DNA of 53,938 nucleotides from a virus (Duplodnaviria; Caudoviricetes): IMG/VR virus record IMGVR_UViG_3300033146_007470, positions 1 to 53,938 of that record; one strand, 5' to 3'. Shown piece by piece: positions 39,693 to 51,290 of this stretch (position 1 is its first letter; each line of letters starts with the position of its first letter). The notes under the pieces were generated by a model. It saw only the letters and a program-made list of their open reading frames with translations, ran no database searches and was not told where the DNA came from. The position numbers and the translations under genes were made by a program.

Positions 39693-39743
39693 AAACAAAG
39701 ATATAATAAGCATATATAAGTGTAAAGATTATAGGAGATAATT

Positions 39744-40052
39744 ATGGCAGAGAATAGTGGTGATATTCGTGCTGATAGCGAAGTAATTGATAGAATAAAA
39801 GAACCAGGCATGTTTCATGTTATTCTTATGAATGACAATTACACACCTATGGATTTCGTTGTTGAGATTTTAATGAAAATATTCAATAAAAACGAAAAAG
39901 AAGCTTATACTTTAATGATGAAAGTGCATAAAAAAGGATCAGCTATTGCTGGTACCTACATTGAAGATGTTGCTCTCACTAAAAGTGAAGTAGCCGCAAC
40001 AATCGCTAAAAAGAATGGTTTCCCATTCGCAACCAAAGTAAAACCAGCATAA
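39744..40052 (+). CDS. clpS: ATP-dependent Clp protease adaptor ClpS
   Basis: P.MFHVILMNDNYTPMDFVV, MMKVHKKG.A.AG.Y. Confidence 0.95.
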   Translation: MAENSGDIRADSEVIDRIKEPGMFHVILMNDNYTPMDFVVEILMKIFNKNEKEAYTLMMKVHKKGSAIAGTYIEDVALTKSEVAATIAKKNGFPFATKVKPA

Positions 40053-40066
40053 GACAGGAGAAGAGA

Positions 40067-40777
40067 ATGGAATTAAGTAGAGATGTACGTGCAATCATGA
40101 GCATTGCATACAATACGGCAAGAGAACAGGATAATGAGTATTTAACACCTGAACATGTTTTATACTCTATCCTTGATAATAACGAAGAAATTATTAATAA
40201 GTTAGAATTAAATACAGAAGAACTCATGGAAGATTTAAAAGTTTTCTTTGAAACCAAAATACCACAAACTACTGATAAAGATCCTATTGAGAGTCTGGGT
40301 TTCAATAATGTAATCCAGCGTTCAGTTCAACAGGTTGAGAATTCAAGTCGAAATATTGTTGAAGTTGGCGATGTTATTGTTGCCATCCATGATGAGAAAG
40401 GTTTCGGCCAATTTATTATGTTGAAGAATGGTATTGAAAGAATAACTCTTCTCCAAGCAGTAACAGAACTTCATGGCACTGACAACCAACCAGATTTGAT
40501 GCCAGCTGGAGGGCAAATTAAAGGGAAAAGAAAGAAAAAATCTCTCCTTGATGAATTCACCCTTGAAATGGTTGCTCATGCTAAAGCCGGTAAATACGAT
40601 CCTATTGTTGGCAGGGTAGACGAAATTGAAAGAACTGTTCAAGTACTCTGTCGTAAAAAGAAGAATAATCCAATCCATGTTGGTGAGCCAGGTTGTGGTA
40701 AATGTCTTCACGGAGAAGAAAAAATTAATTTATTAGTTTCTGACGAAATGTATAAAGAATTAAAAGAATTTATTTAA
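40067..40777 (+). CDS. clpA: ClpA part 1 (N domain to first Walker A) + 24-aa N-intein (40703-40774)
   Basis: EYLTPEH, DPIVGR..E, RKKKNNP..VGEPGCGK then CLHGEE... and stop. Confidence 0.92.
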   Translation: MELSRDVRAIMSIAYNTAREQDNEYLTPEHVLYSILDNNEEIINKLELNTEELMEDLKVFFETKIPQTTDKDPIESLGFNNVIQRSVQQVENSSRNIVEVGDVIVAIHDEKGFGQFIMLKNGIERITLLQAVTELHGTDNQPDLMPAGGQIKGKRKKKSLLDEFTLEMVAHAKAGKYDPIVGRVDEIERTVQVLCRKKKNNPIHVGEPGCGKCLHGEEKINLLVSDEMYKELKEFI

Positions 40778-41721
40778 TTTTTGTTTAATAGATTCAGATA
40801 CAATTTGTTTATTATATTCAGTTGTATCTGAATCCCATATTTCTATAACATCAAAATCGTCATTTTTAGCAAATTGAATTTTTTCTTGATCAAGTTTGTA
40901 AACTTCATTAGCAGATAAATGTGTAAATCTATGAGTCCAGTTATTCCATTCTTCTTCATTTAATTTTTCTTTATTGGGATGAACATGAGAACCGTTATAT
41001 TCAAATATAAGTTTAAGCGGTTTAATTGTAAAATCATAAAAGTACAACCTATTGTTTGATTTTATAAAGAATTCTCTATTGTTCTCAATACCTATATATA
41101 TTTTATTTATAGAAAATAATTTAATCATTTTATCATAAAATTCTTGAAATATTTCAAGGGATTGTTTAGAAGCTTTAAATATTGAAAAATTTTGTAAATT
41201 GTTTATACAAGTTTTACGAGATGTATCAACCCAGTTATTATATTTAATGGTTGCAGCTTCATACCCATATTTATGGACCATCTTATCAAATGAAACAGCT
41301 TTAGATTTATTCACTTTATTCATATCATTATTTTTATATAATGATTTTTGCCATTTATCATTTCTTTCGTTCATTTTTTATATTTGTTAGGATTTTCTTT
41401 ACGTTTTTTAACATATTTTAAAGCATTTTGTCTTTGTTTTTCTGAAATTTGTTGTACAGCTTCTGCTCGAGACCATCCGCGTTTAATCCAAAATTCTTGT
41501 TTAGTCCATGAAATGTTACCTATAAGTGTATAACAAAAATCATATAATTTTTTATGGTTTGACTTGTCACTATTATAAAAAAAATAATTAAGTTTAACTT
41601 CAACTTCTGGCATAATTATTTTGTATGACCGATTATGAAGATATTTATTAAATGTAAATTTTTTAAATTCTTCAAAGTCATTAGAGTTAAATATTGGTTT
41701 ATATTTATATGTTATAATCAT
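40760..41721 (-). pseudogene. antisense Vsr-like/PD-(D/E)XK endonuclease split into two ORFs (41371-41721, 40760-41374)
   Basis: ASKQS, FYDFTI..L..EYNG.H.HP; collinear with the intact paralogue 43174-44142. Confidence 0.8.
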
Positions 41722-41840
41722 TGTTTACCTTTACTGGAATAGGTATTTCCCTAAGCCAGATTTACTTAAAAATTATACTATTATCTTATTAATATGCAAG
41801 ATAATATTGCATAGTTATAACATATATAAGGAGAATAAAT

Positions 41841-43196
41841 ATGAAAGAAATTACATTACCAATTGGCACATTATTTAAATTTATGGAAAGTAAAGGTTTG
41901 AATTTTCCTTTAAACGAAGGCGTTAATAATAAACAAGAAATCAAAATTAAAAATGAAATGGGAATTTGGAGAAATATTCCTGCATTTATAAAAAAACGTG
42001 ATATAATAAATCACATTAAATTTGATAAAACTGAAATTAAATGCGGCTCGAAACATAAAATATGTATAAATAAAAAAACTCTTGAATGTAAATTCGCATC
42101 AAAATTAAAACCCGGTGATATATTAGATTACGGAGATACTTCTTATACTGTTACTGAAAATATCATATACAAAGAAGACTTCGTATATGACTTACAAATA
42201 GATTCTGAAAATCACTTATATCAAACATCAAATGGTTTATTAAACCATAATACAGCCATAACAGAAGGACTTGCCCAGCGTATTGCGGATGGAACTGTTC
42301 CAGATGTACTTAAAGACTATAAAATGTATTCACTCGATATGGGTGGGCTTCTTGCAGGTACAAAATACCGTGGAGACTTTGAAGAGAGAATTAAGAAAAT
42401 TATTGATGAGATTGAAGCTCTTCCTAAATCTATTCTCTTCATTGATGAAGTACATAACATCATTGGTGCTGGTCAAACTGGAAATGGCACAATGGATGCG
42501 TCAAACATTCTTAAGCCCGCCCTTCAGGCTGGGACATTGAAATGCATCGGTTCTACAACTTATGATGAGTTTAAAAAACACTTTGAGAAAGATGGAGCAC
42601 TTGCTCGTCGTTTCCAGAAGATTGATATTGGTGAACCATCAGAAGATGAAACATATGACATCCTCGTTGGCCTTAAAGAAAGTTATGAGACTTTCCATAA
42701 TGTAACATATACTGATGATGCTCTTAAATCTATTGCTCATCTTTCAGCCCTCTATATCAACGATAGACATCTACCAGATAAAGCTATCGATGTAATGGAT
42801 GAAATTGGTGCGCTTTTAAGAATGCGTAATTTTAAAGAAGATGAAGATAAAGAAGAATCAATATCACTCCTTGTAACTGAAACTGATGTTGAGAACGTAG
42901 TTTCTAAAATTGCTAAAATTCCAGAAAAAACTGTATCAACAGATGAGACCGCTAAGCTTAAAGACCTTGCTCCAACCCTGAAACAATTAGTTTTTGGTCA
43001 AGATGAAGCTGTAGATTTAGTTGTTCAATCTATTAAACGTTCCCGTGCAGGTTTTAGAAAAGCAAATAAACCCGTTACCAATCTTCTTTTCGCAGGCAAA
43101 ACTGGTGTTGGTAAGTGTTTACATAAAGACGAAGAACTCGAAGTTATGATTTCTGACGAGTTATATAAAAAAATTATAGAGATTCGTTCAAGATAG
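41841..43196 (+). CDS. clpA: 137-aa C-intein + ClpA part 2 + 26-aa N-intein (43116-43193)
   Basis: VYDLQI...NGLLNHN/T junction; AGTKYRGDFEER, LFIDEVH, RHLPDKAID; GKTGVGK/CLHKD. Confidence 0.93.
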   Translation: MKEITLPIGTLFKFMESKGLNFPLNEGVNNKQEIKIKNEMGIWRNIPAFIKKRDIINHIKFDKTEIKCGSKHKICINKKTLECKFASKLKPGDILDYGDTSYTVTENIIYKEDFVYDLQIDSENHLYQTSNGLLNHNTAITEGLAQRIADGTVPDVLKDYKMYSLDMGGLLAGTKYRGDFEERIKKIIDEIEALPKSILFIDEVHNIIGAGQTGNGTMDASNILKPALQAGTLKCIGSTTYDEFKKHFEKDGALARRFQKIDIGEPSEDETYDILVGLKESYETFHNVTYTDDALKSIAHLSALYINDRHLPDKAIDVMDEIGALLRMRNFKEDEDKEESISLLVTETDVENVVSKIAKIPEKTVSTDETAKLKDLAPTLKQLVFGQDEAVDLVVQSIKRSRAGFRKANKPVTNLLFAGKTGVGKCLHKDEELEVMISDELYKKIIEIRSR

Positions 43197-44142
43197 TATT
43201 TATAGCAGCGATACATTTATTTATATTATATTCAGGTGTGTCGCTGCTCCATATAGTTATTACGTTAAATCCGTTATCTTTCGCAAATTTATTTTTTTGT
43301 TTATCTAATTCGTAATGATAGTCAGCCGATTCATTAGTATAACAATGTTGCCAATTATTCCATTCTTGTTCGTTTAATATATTTTTATTTGGATGGATAT
43401 GGCAACCATTATATTCAATAATTAAATTAAGTTCTAAAATTGTAAAATCATAAAAATATAATTTTTTATAATTTTTATTATATAATGAAAATTCATGGTT
43501 GTTGTCTATGCCGACAAATATTGATAAGTTATAATTTTGTAAATATTTTATTAATTCGTTAAATACGATGAGAGACTGTTTACTTGCTGTAGTAGGACTA
43601 GGTCCTGAGTTCAAAAGATTAACACGATTTTGTAAATACTTATCTAAACCGTGCTTTTTAATAAATTTTGCTTTAGGCAACCCTTTGGATTTGTTCACTT
43701 TATTCATATCATTATTTTTATATAATGATTTTTGCCATTTATCATTTCTTTCGTTCATTTTATTATTAGCTTCTTCTATTCCGTATTTTTGTATTAACTT
43801 TTTCATATTGTTAGGGTTTTCTCTCCGCTTTTTGGCGAAGGCATTTGCATTTATTGTTTGTAATTTTGATATTTTATTATTTGCTTCATTCTGTGTATAT
43901 CCCCGCTTAACCCAAAAATTTGTTCTATATCTAGATTTTTCGCCTATTAAAGAATAACAAAATGTTTTAAATTTTTTAAATCCTATTTTATCTGTATTAT
44001 TGTAAAACAAATTTAATTCTTGCAGCACATTATTTATAGATTTATAATTAAAACTATTTTTTAAATATTTATCCATAAACGCTATAAATTCGTCTATATT
44101 ATAACATTTAAAATATTCTTTATGCTTATATGTTATCAACAT
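43174..44142 (-). CDS. antisense Vsr-like/PD-(D/E)XK putative homing endonuclease
   Basis: FWVKRGY, ASKQS, FYDFTILELNLIIEYNGCHIHP, D..K...A...GF.V..IW. Confidence 0.85.
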   Translation of the reverse strand: MLITYKHKEYFKCYNIDEFIAFMDKYLKNSFNYKSINNVLQELNLFYNNTDKIGFKKFKTFCYSLIGEKSRYRTNFWVKRGYTQNEANNKISKLQTINANAFAKKRRENPNNMKKLIQKYGIEEANNKMNERNDKWQKSLYKNNDMNKVNKSKGLPKAKFIKKHGLDKYLQNRVNLLNSGPSPTTASKQSLIVFNELIKYLQNYNLSIFVGIDNNHEFSLYNKNYKKLYFYDFTILELNLIIEYNGCHIHPNKNILNEQEWNNWQHCYTNESADYHYELDKQKNKFAKDNGFNVITIWSSDTPEYNINKCIAAINTILNESL

Positions 44143-44270
44143 ATGACCTTCTTATTTGTTTCGGTATTGGTATTTCCCCATACCCGTTTATCTTTATATA
44201 ATATTGATTTTTATATCATTATTTATGAAGATAAAGCATATATAATAATAAGAAAATAAGGAGTTTATAT

Positions 44271-45458
44271 ATGGTAAAGGAAAAAATAAAAATTGGTGAA
44301 TTATTTGAAGCCATTTCAGAATTAGAAAATGTTAATTTTGAGGTAGGCAAAGAGATATTTCAAAATAATGAAATACAAATTAAAGATGAATTTGGCGATT
44401 ATAAAAATGTTCCTGGATTAATTGTTAAACAAGATTATATAAGAACAATAAAATTCGATAATAATGATGTTTTAAGATGTGCAAAAAAACATAAAATATG
44501 TATAGATCCTAAATCTGGCAAATGTATTTTAGCTGAAAATTTAAATGTAGGAGACAGTATTATCAATGCTTTCGGCATTGTTTTGACTGTCACATCTAAT
44601 ATAGTTTCGTCTAATATAGAAAATGTATATGATTTAGAAATAAATACAGATAAACATTTATATCAAACTTCAAATGGTATTGTGCATCATAATACTTTTT
44701 TGGTAAACAAATTAGCTGATACCATGGGACTTGCTTTTCATAGATTTGATATGTCTGAATACCAGGAGAAACATTCTGTTGCACGTCTTGTTGGTACTCC
44801 TCCAGGATATGTTGGATATGACGAAGGTGGTCTTCTTACTGATGCAATTAGAAAAGATCCTCATTGTGTTCTTCTCCTTGATGAAATTGAGAAAGCACAC
44901 GGTGATGTTTATAATATGCTTCTACAAATTATGGATTATGCAACTCTCACAGATAATCAGGGTCGAAAAGCAGATTTTAGAAATGTCATTATCATAATGA
45001 CATCTAACGCGGGAGCTAGAAATATTGGTTCTAAGGGAATTGGTTTTGGTTCAGTAAAACAAGGTGGAGAAGCAGTTGACGCTGCAGTAAAGAAAACGTT
45101 CACTCCTGAGTTTTTAAATCGTCTTGATAAAATTGTTACTTTCAACGATCTTGATAAAATTGTAATACGAGAAATTGTAAAAGCTGAAATTAATGAGTTT
45201 GAAACCATGTTAACATCTCACGAAGTATCTCTTCGAGTAACTGATGAAGCTTTAGATTGGTTTGTAGAAAATGGTTACTCTGAGGAATTTGGTGCAAGGC
45301 CAATTGCTCGACTTGTCGATGAGAAGATTAAAGATATCTTCGTCGATGAAGTATTATTTGGTGACCTCAAAAGCGGAGGAATTGCTGAAATCTCCGTCTT
45401 AGATAATGAAATTAAGATCACCACTCTTGATTTCCAACTAGAGAACGCTATCGCGTAA
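44271..45458 (+). CDS. clpA: 141-aa C-intein + ClpA part 3
   Basis: VYDLEI...NGIVHHN/T junction; RFDMSEYQEKH, LLLDEIEKAH, IGF loop, FTPEFLNRLD, GARP. Confidence 0.93.
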   Translation: MVKEKIKIGELFEAISELENVNFEVGKEIFQNNEIQIKDEFGDYKNVPGLIVKQDYIRTIKFDNNDVLRCAKKHKICIDPKSGKCILAENLNVGDSIINAFGIVLTVTSNIVSSNIENVYDLEINTDKHLYQTSNGIVHHNTFLVNKLADTMGLAFHRFDMSEYQEKHSVARLVGTPPGYVGYDEGGLLTDAIRKDPHCVLLLDEIEKAHGDVYNMLLQIMDYATLTDNQGRKADFRNVIIIMTSNAGARNIGSKGIGFGSVKQGGEAVDAAVKKTFTPEFLNRLDKIVTFNDLDKIVIREIVKAEINEFETMLTSHEVSLRVTDEALDWFVENGYSEEFGARPIARLVDEKIKDIFVDEVLFGDLKSGGIAEISVLDNEIKITTLDFQLENAIA

Positions 45459-45475
45459 TCTATCATCCCTTCTCT

Positions 45476-45506
45476 TACTCCCTCAGAAATGAGGGAGTTT
45501 TTTTTT
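45476..45506 (+). terminator. intrinsic terminator
   Basis: ACTCCCTC/GAGGGAGT followed by a T tract. Confidence 0.88.
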
Positions 45507-45927
45507 GCATACTTAAGTATATGAAATCAATATTTTATTACATATTTAAACGTAAAGAATACAAAATTCTTTTAGCGAAACATACCCTCTTAGACAGAAT
45601 GTGCCAAAACTGTAACCATTTATCTTCTAATAAATATTGCATGATTTCCTTAAATAAGGCTTTCACTGATAATTATATAGTAGAGCCGAACAAACATACT
45701 TGTGAAGTTTGGGAAAAAAGCGATGGCAGAATAAAACCACGAATAGGTAAAGCCTAAAATACAACATTTAACCCTTATACATTAAGATAACTGTAAAGGA
45801 GAATATATGGCAAATAAAATTGTAACTGATATTAAAATAAATAAAAAATTAATAACAATTTCTTTAATTTTAAATGCTCTTAATATTATAAGTATAATTG
45901 TATTAGCAGTGATATAGTTCGTTGTAA

Positions 45928-48613
45928 GTGAAACAATATACAAATAATAGGAGAAGACTCCAGAACCAGCGCAATATAGAAGAAAGAAGTGACAGAGTGC
46001 GTTTTATTCTTATTCATGAATTATTTAAAAATGAAATTAATATAATTCGTAGTATTTTATTAGAGACAGATTTGAATAAAATTAAACTTAGTCTTAATGG
46101 TGGTCTTGTACTTTCATTTAGTGAGGATTTAGATTTGAGTGTAATAAAACAAATTAGGAACTCTTTGCATGAGTATAACATAAAGTATAAACTTGATAAG
46201 AAAGAGTATAAATTAACAATTTTTAAGGATTAAAATGTTTAAACTTAATAATGACTGCTTAAAAGAATTATTAAAATATACTTTTAGAGATGGTGCTTAT
46301 TGGGAAGATAAATACTACAAGTACATAAATGTACAATATATTTACGACTTTCTTAAAGAGAAGACTAAAGAATATAATATATGGTTAGAGGATTATCAAC
46401 ATTCACATGTAGGCGCAAATCCTTTTTCAAATAAAGTTATATTTACATGGCATGCTATGGATTCACGTAAAGAGAAAGAATATGACGTTGTTATAGTTTT
46501 CGTCAATGGTGAAGCAGATAAAATTAAATTACGCAATACATTTTATGGAAATCGGATAATAAAGATATGAATAGATACTGGATTACATTTGCAGAGTTTA
46601 ACTCTTATTTTATTAATGGTTATATATATTTATGGATTAATAAAAATCCAGGGTCATATGATACAGATCCAAGTTATCCTGTTTTAGAACCAAAAAAAGT
46701 AATATCGGCTTTGTTTGAATTAAGTGCAAGACTTCCAAATGCTCAAATTGAAGTTAAAAAATGAAAAGATATATAGAAATAAAAACAGATTATGAATTAA
46801 ACTATACTATTAAAGATTTAGATAAAAATTATGGCTTAAAAAATCTCGGTATTCCATATACTCCGTCTGGCGGTGGTGTGCTATTATTTGTAGATATTAT
46901 AGCTCCTAAAGGTGAAATAATCAGATTAGAAGCTCCAGATGATATAATGGAAAAATTCCTTAAAGAAGTACATGGAAGATGAATAATAAAAAACTTTTGT
47001 TTGTAGAATTAAATAATGAAATCGATGAGTTTAGATTCATATATGTATATGATGATATCGTATATCAATATGATTGTACTAATGATTATTGGCACGTAGA
47101 TAAAAATAAATTGAAAGCATCAACTGTTCAAGATAAAATAAGACTTTTTGAGTTGGAAATGGCTGGTTCAAATTTAGATATGAGTGATATTGCTTTGCCT
47201 AAAGAATTATATTATGAGATAATAAAAGCAGTGTTTGAGAGAGGGATATGAAAAAAAATGAATTAAAAGAAGGACATTTTTATCGATTTCGTCAAATAGG
47301 AGAAAAATGGTATATTTGGGTATTTGTTTCATTTGTGAATGGAGATTGGATTGGTAAATATGGTAAAGATGATAATGTTAGCTATTTAAATAATTTATAT
47401 TTTAAAGATACAGATAAAAGTAGAGAATATGAAGAAGTATCCTGGAACCATCCCGCCTTTTCTGGGATAGGACAATTTGCTATAAGGAATGTATTCAATG
47501 AAGTATAATAAAGTACAAATAAATACCCTCCTAATACACCCAGACGCAACATATAGTATATATATAATTACTAAGAAGAGTAATACACATTTTGATTATA
47601 TTTCATATTCAAATAGGTATACAGAAATTATATATAGAACAAATGTTTCGAGTAAATTATGGAATGCAGATAATAGAATTTGGATCGGTCTTGAACCTTA
47701 TAAAGGGAATTATAGAAATCGTAGTATGATTAGAACGTGTTTTAAGGGTGGTGTAGAATATAGGAATATGATATGAAGATAGGTGACACAAAATATGTTG
47801 TTGACATCGATGTCAAATACCCTACTTTATATAAAGCCTGGATTTTAAGGCCGCATTCTCGCTGGGAAGGTAATTGGGATGTAAAATATAAAGAAGTCGT
47901 GATTGATTTTTTAAATAAACCAGGTTATACATTAGAAGGCCAAAACGGTACATATGATGCTAGCACACATATATTTGATACTGTTGAAGATGCGATTCGT
48001 GCTATTATAAATAATAATTACGGTATGTTACCTGAAAACATGATAAGGAAACTATTTAAATGAAAACAGGCGATATTAAATATGTCATGTGTGCAGATGG
48101 GAAACGATCCAGTATATATGAAGTCGAATTATTACTTAAACATACAGCTGGAAATTGGAAAGTTAAATACGTTGGTATAATATTAGATCTTGTAAGCCTT
48201 TATAACAATTATTTAGGTATTGAAAGATTTTTTGCTCCTGCAGAATTTTATGAAACATCAGAAGAAGCTATAGAAAAATTGATTAATAACCCGAATGGTA
48301 TAAGTGAAATAAATATTATTGAGAAATTACTTAGATGAAAGTATTTTATTATCTTACAACTATAAAACCAGCAAGTTATCTACACGTTTTCTCTGGTAAA
48401 TTTGACCCGGAAGGTTATGCTATTATTGATAAATCGTTTGTGAAATTTGGCACACCTAAGGTACATTTTGCAGAACATGGAAGCAAATTAATGGTTAATA
48501 AAGACAGTAGAATAGAGTTGAGTGATGTACCGTATGCTCTCATAAATATGTTGTTCGATGGAGATCTTAATCTAGATTTAGCATCATTTCAACAAATAAA
48601 TTTGGGTAATTGA
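45928..48613 (+). CDS. array of about ten 65-111 aa hypothetical ORFs
   Basis: ORF track; consecutive ATGA overlaps; 47773 and 48060 are clear paralogues. Confidence 0.7.
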
Positions 48614-48710
48614 TAAAATATAGTATAATAAAATATAGTATAATAAAGCATAATTAATTATAGAGATTCAAAGAGAGTCTTGAAATAAAATAGAACGAGG
48701 AGTTCGCCCC

Positions 48711-49736
48711 ATGAAAGCAGATTTTTGCGTCTATATTGGACGCTTTCAACCTTTTACAGTTGCCCATAAAGAGATGGTGGATAGAGCATTAGAGGAAGCT
48801 GAAAAACTTATTATTATTGTCGGTTCCGACAAAGCATCACAATCAATTAGAAATCCCTTTACAACTGCAGAACGCATAGATATGATTTTCTCCGTCTACC
48901 CAAATAATAGAGATAGAATACTCATTCTCCCAATTCAAGACTCAGCATACAATTTTACTGCATGGATTGCTGAAGTTCAAAGGAAGATTAATACCTTCGT
49001 TCGGAAGGAAGATAGTGTAAAACTTATTGGTCACTTCAAAGACGACACCTCTTACTACCTCAAACATTTCCCCCAGTGGAAACTTATATCTATGCATTCT
49101 CTTTGCGGTGGACTCTCAGCTACTGAAATCAGAGATAAACTGTTTACCACCAGTTATAAAACTAGCTGGAAGAGTGATGTTCCTCCTGCTGTTGATGCTT
49201 TCATTAGCAATTGGATAACTGAGCAGAACTACCGATTTGAAAACCTAAAATCTGAATATGCCTTCCTCCAGAATTATAAAGATAGGTGGAAGGATTCTCC
49301 CTTCCCTCCAACATTCGTAACTACAGATGCTATTGTATTCTCCCACTCCCATATCCTACTTATTAAGAGAGGACGAAATCCTGGTAAAGGTCAATTCGCT
49401 CTCCCTGGTGGTTTCCTTGATCAACAAGAAACCATTGAACAGGGCTGTATAAGAGAATTGAAGGAAGAGACAAAGATTGATGTTGCTATCCCAATCCTTA
49501 AGAATTCAATAAAGGATGTGCATGTATTTGATTCCCCATGGAGAGACCCAAGAGGAAGAACAATAACACATGCACATCTTATAGACCTCAATCTTAAGGA
49601 TCTTCCTAAGGTGAAAGCGGCAGATGATGCAGCTGAAGTTATGTGGGTTCCAGTTGGCGAGTTATCAAATATGGAAGGTATGTTTTTTAATGACCATCTC
49701 CAAATTATTAAATACTTCCTTGGTAGGAGTATGTAA
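48711..49736 (+). CDS. nadM: bifunctional NMN adenylyltransferase / Nudix ADP-ribose hydrolase
   Basis: YIGRFQP...H, RNPFT..ER, LSATEIR; Nudix box LPGGF...ET......RELKEET. Confidence 0.95.
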   Translation: MKADFCVYIGRFQPFTVAHKEMVDRALEEAEKLIIIVGSDKASQSIRNPFTTAERIDMIFSVYPNNRDRILILPIQDSAYNFTAWIAEVQRKINTFVRKEDSVKLIGHFKDDTSYYLKHFPQWKLISMHSLCGGLSATEIRDKLFTTSYKTSWKSDVPPAVDAFISNWITEQNYRFENLKSEYAFLQNYKDRWKDSPFPPTFVTTDAIVFSHSHILLIKRGRNPGKGQFALPGGFLDQQETIEQGCIRELKEETKIDVAIPILKNSIKDVHVFDSPWRDPRGRTITHAHLIDLNLKDLPKVKAADDAAEVMWVPVGELSNMEGMFFNDHLQIIKYFLGRSM

Positions 49737-50010
49737 TGGATTCATGTAAAAACTGTAAATGGAACATGGATGACTATTATTGTTCTCATGAAGAAGTTGA
49801 GTTTGAATGTTCAGGCCCGCAACAGGTGTTATGTTAAAGAAGGGAAATATGGCTGTAGAAACTGTAATCTCATAGTTAAAGGTTTCCATGAAAAATGTCC
49901 AAGATACGGTCAAGAAATGATGAGAGTTGGATATGTAGCTCGACCGCCAAGAAAGGGAGCATCGAAGAAGGAACGAGATGCATTCTGGAATAAATATGCA
50001 GGAGTGAATT

Positions 50011-51290
50011 GTGATAGGTAAAATATATAGGAAACTGTTAATATGGTTACTCGGAAAAGAGATGGAAAAAGATGATATAAGATTTAATGATGATGCTATG
50101 TTCCGTCTTTTAATAGCGAAAACATGTGATATTGAATGGAAGAAATATAGTGAAGATAATGTTTATGGTATAACATACCTTCTTATGCATAGTTTTTTGA
50201 AAGCTATAAAGTTTCAATATAAAGATGATAAAACAACTCTTATAGATTTGGAATCACGCGCTGTATTAAGCGGAATAAATAGTGAAATTATAGCCTATTA
50301 TGCGTATAATGGTAATGTTGATTATACTGATATGGATGCTTATAAAATGGCAGAAGCTAAGTTTAATTTATTAAGTAAATAAATTAAAGGAGTATAAGGT
50401 GGAAGGTTATTTAGATGAAACAATTGTTGATGTAAAAAACTCGGAATATAAAGATTATGATGAGAAAGATTGGGCATTATTATATATTAAAATGTATAAT
50501 GGGATAGATGGAGCTCATCACAAAGATTGGCTCCTTGACCAAGTTGCTCGTATCCTTAAAGGAACAGAGATGATTGTTAAAATTGCTAAATGGGATAATG
50601 GACATACTGAAGATAGATTTAATCTTGGTGAATCGTCTCAGGCTTACCTTGATTGGGTTGTTGAAATGAAGGACGGAGAAGATGGTCCTGATACATATTT
50701 ATATGAAGTAGGGGTAGCACCTTAAAATTTTGGATAACTAAGCAAATGTGTTGTAATATAGAGATGAGAGGTAAGTTATGGAAAAGAAGTATTTAGAAGC
50801 GATTGAAAAGCAATATAGTGAAGATATCACAAATATAAAAGAATGGGAAGATAGACATGCAAACAGCGAAGTCTTTCCATTCTATGAAAAGGTATTATCC
50901 TTCCTATTCCATAAGCCTGGAGACAAGGAACATTATAGTGATAGTGTTAAAACAGATTTATATTCCTTTCTACATGAAGTTTGTGGAAGTGGGGACAACT
51001 TAAAAGACTTTGTTCTCCTTTTCCAGAGTTTCCTTAGTAATGCTATATTAGACGATTCATATTTCAAAATAACATGGACTAAAACATGGCGTAATCCAAA
51101 TGATAGATTTGATTTTGATATACGTAAAAGAGTCATCTGTTCCGTAAATGATGAATACGGGGAACCTTGCGTAACCTGGGCAGAAGATAACGGCACAGGT
51201 AGTCAAGATATTAAGCTTCTTGAAGAAGCTTTCAATATAATTATTAAAAGAGAAAAGAAAAGATATAAACAAATAATGGAGGCAAAATGA
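50011..51290 (+). CDS. three hypothetical ORFs (50011-50382, 50399-50725, 50778-51290)
   Basis: ORF track; SD motifs; GIDGAHHK.W.LDQV.R.L motif in the second. Confidence 0.7.

Noticed and set aside
40778-41840. Self-splicing introns rejoining clpA at the RNA level
   Set aside because: No group I or II core motifs. The downstream fragments have their own SD, ATG and promoter-like motifs, which fits split inteins.
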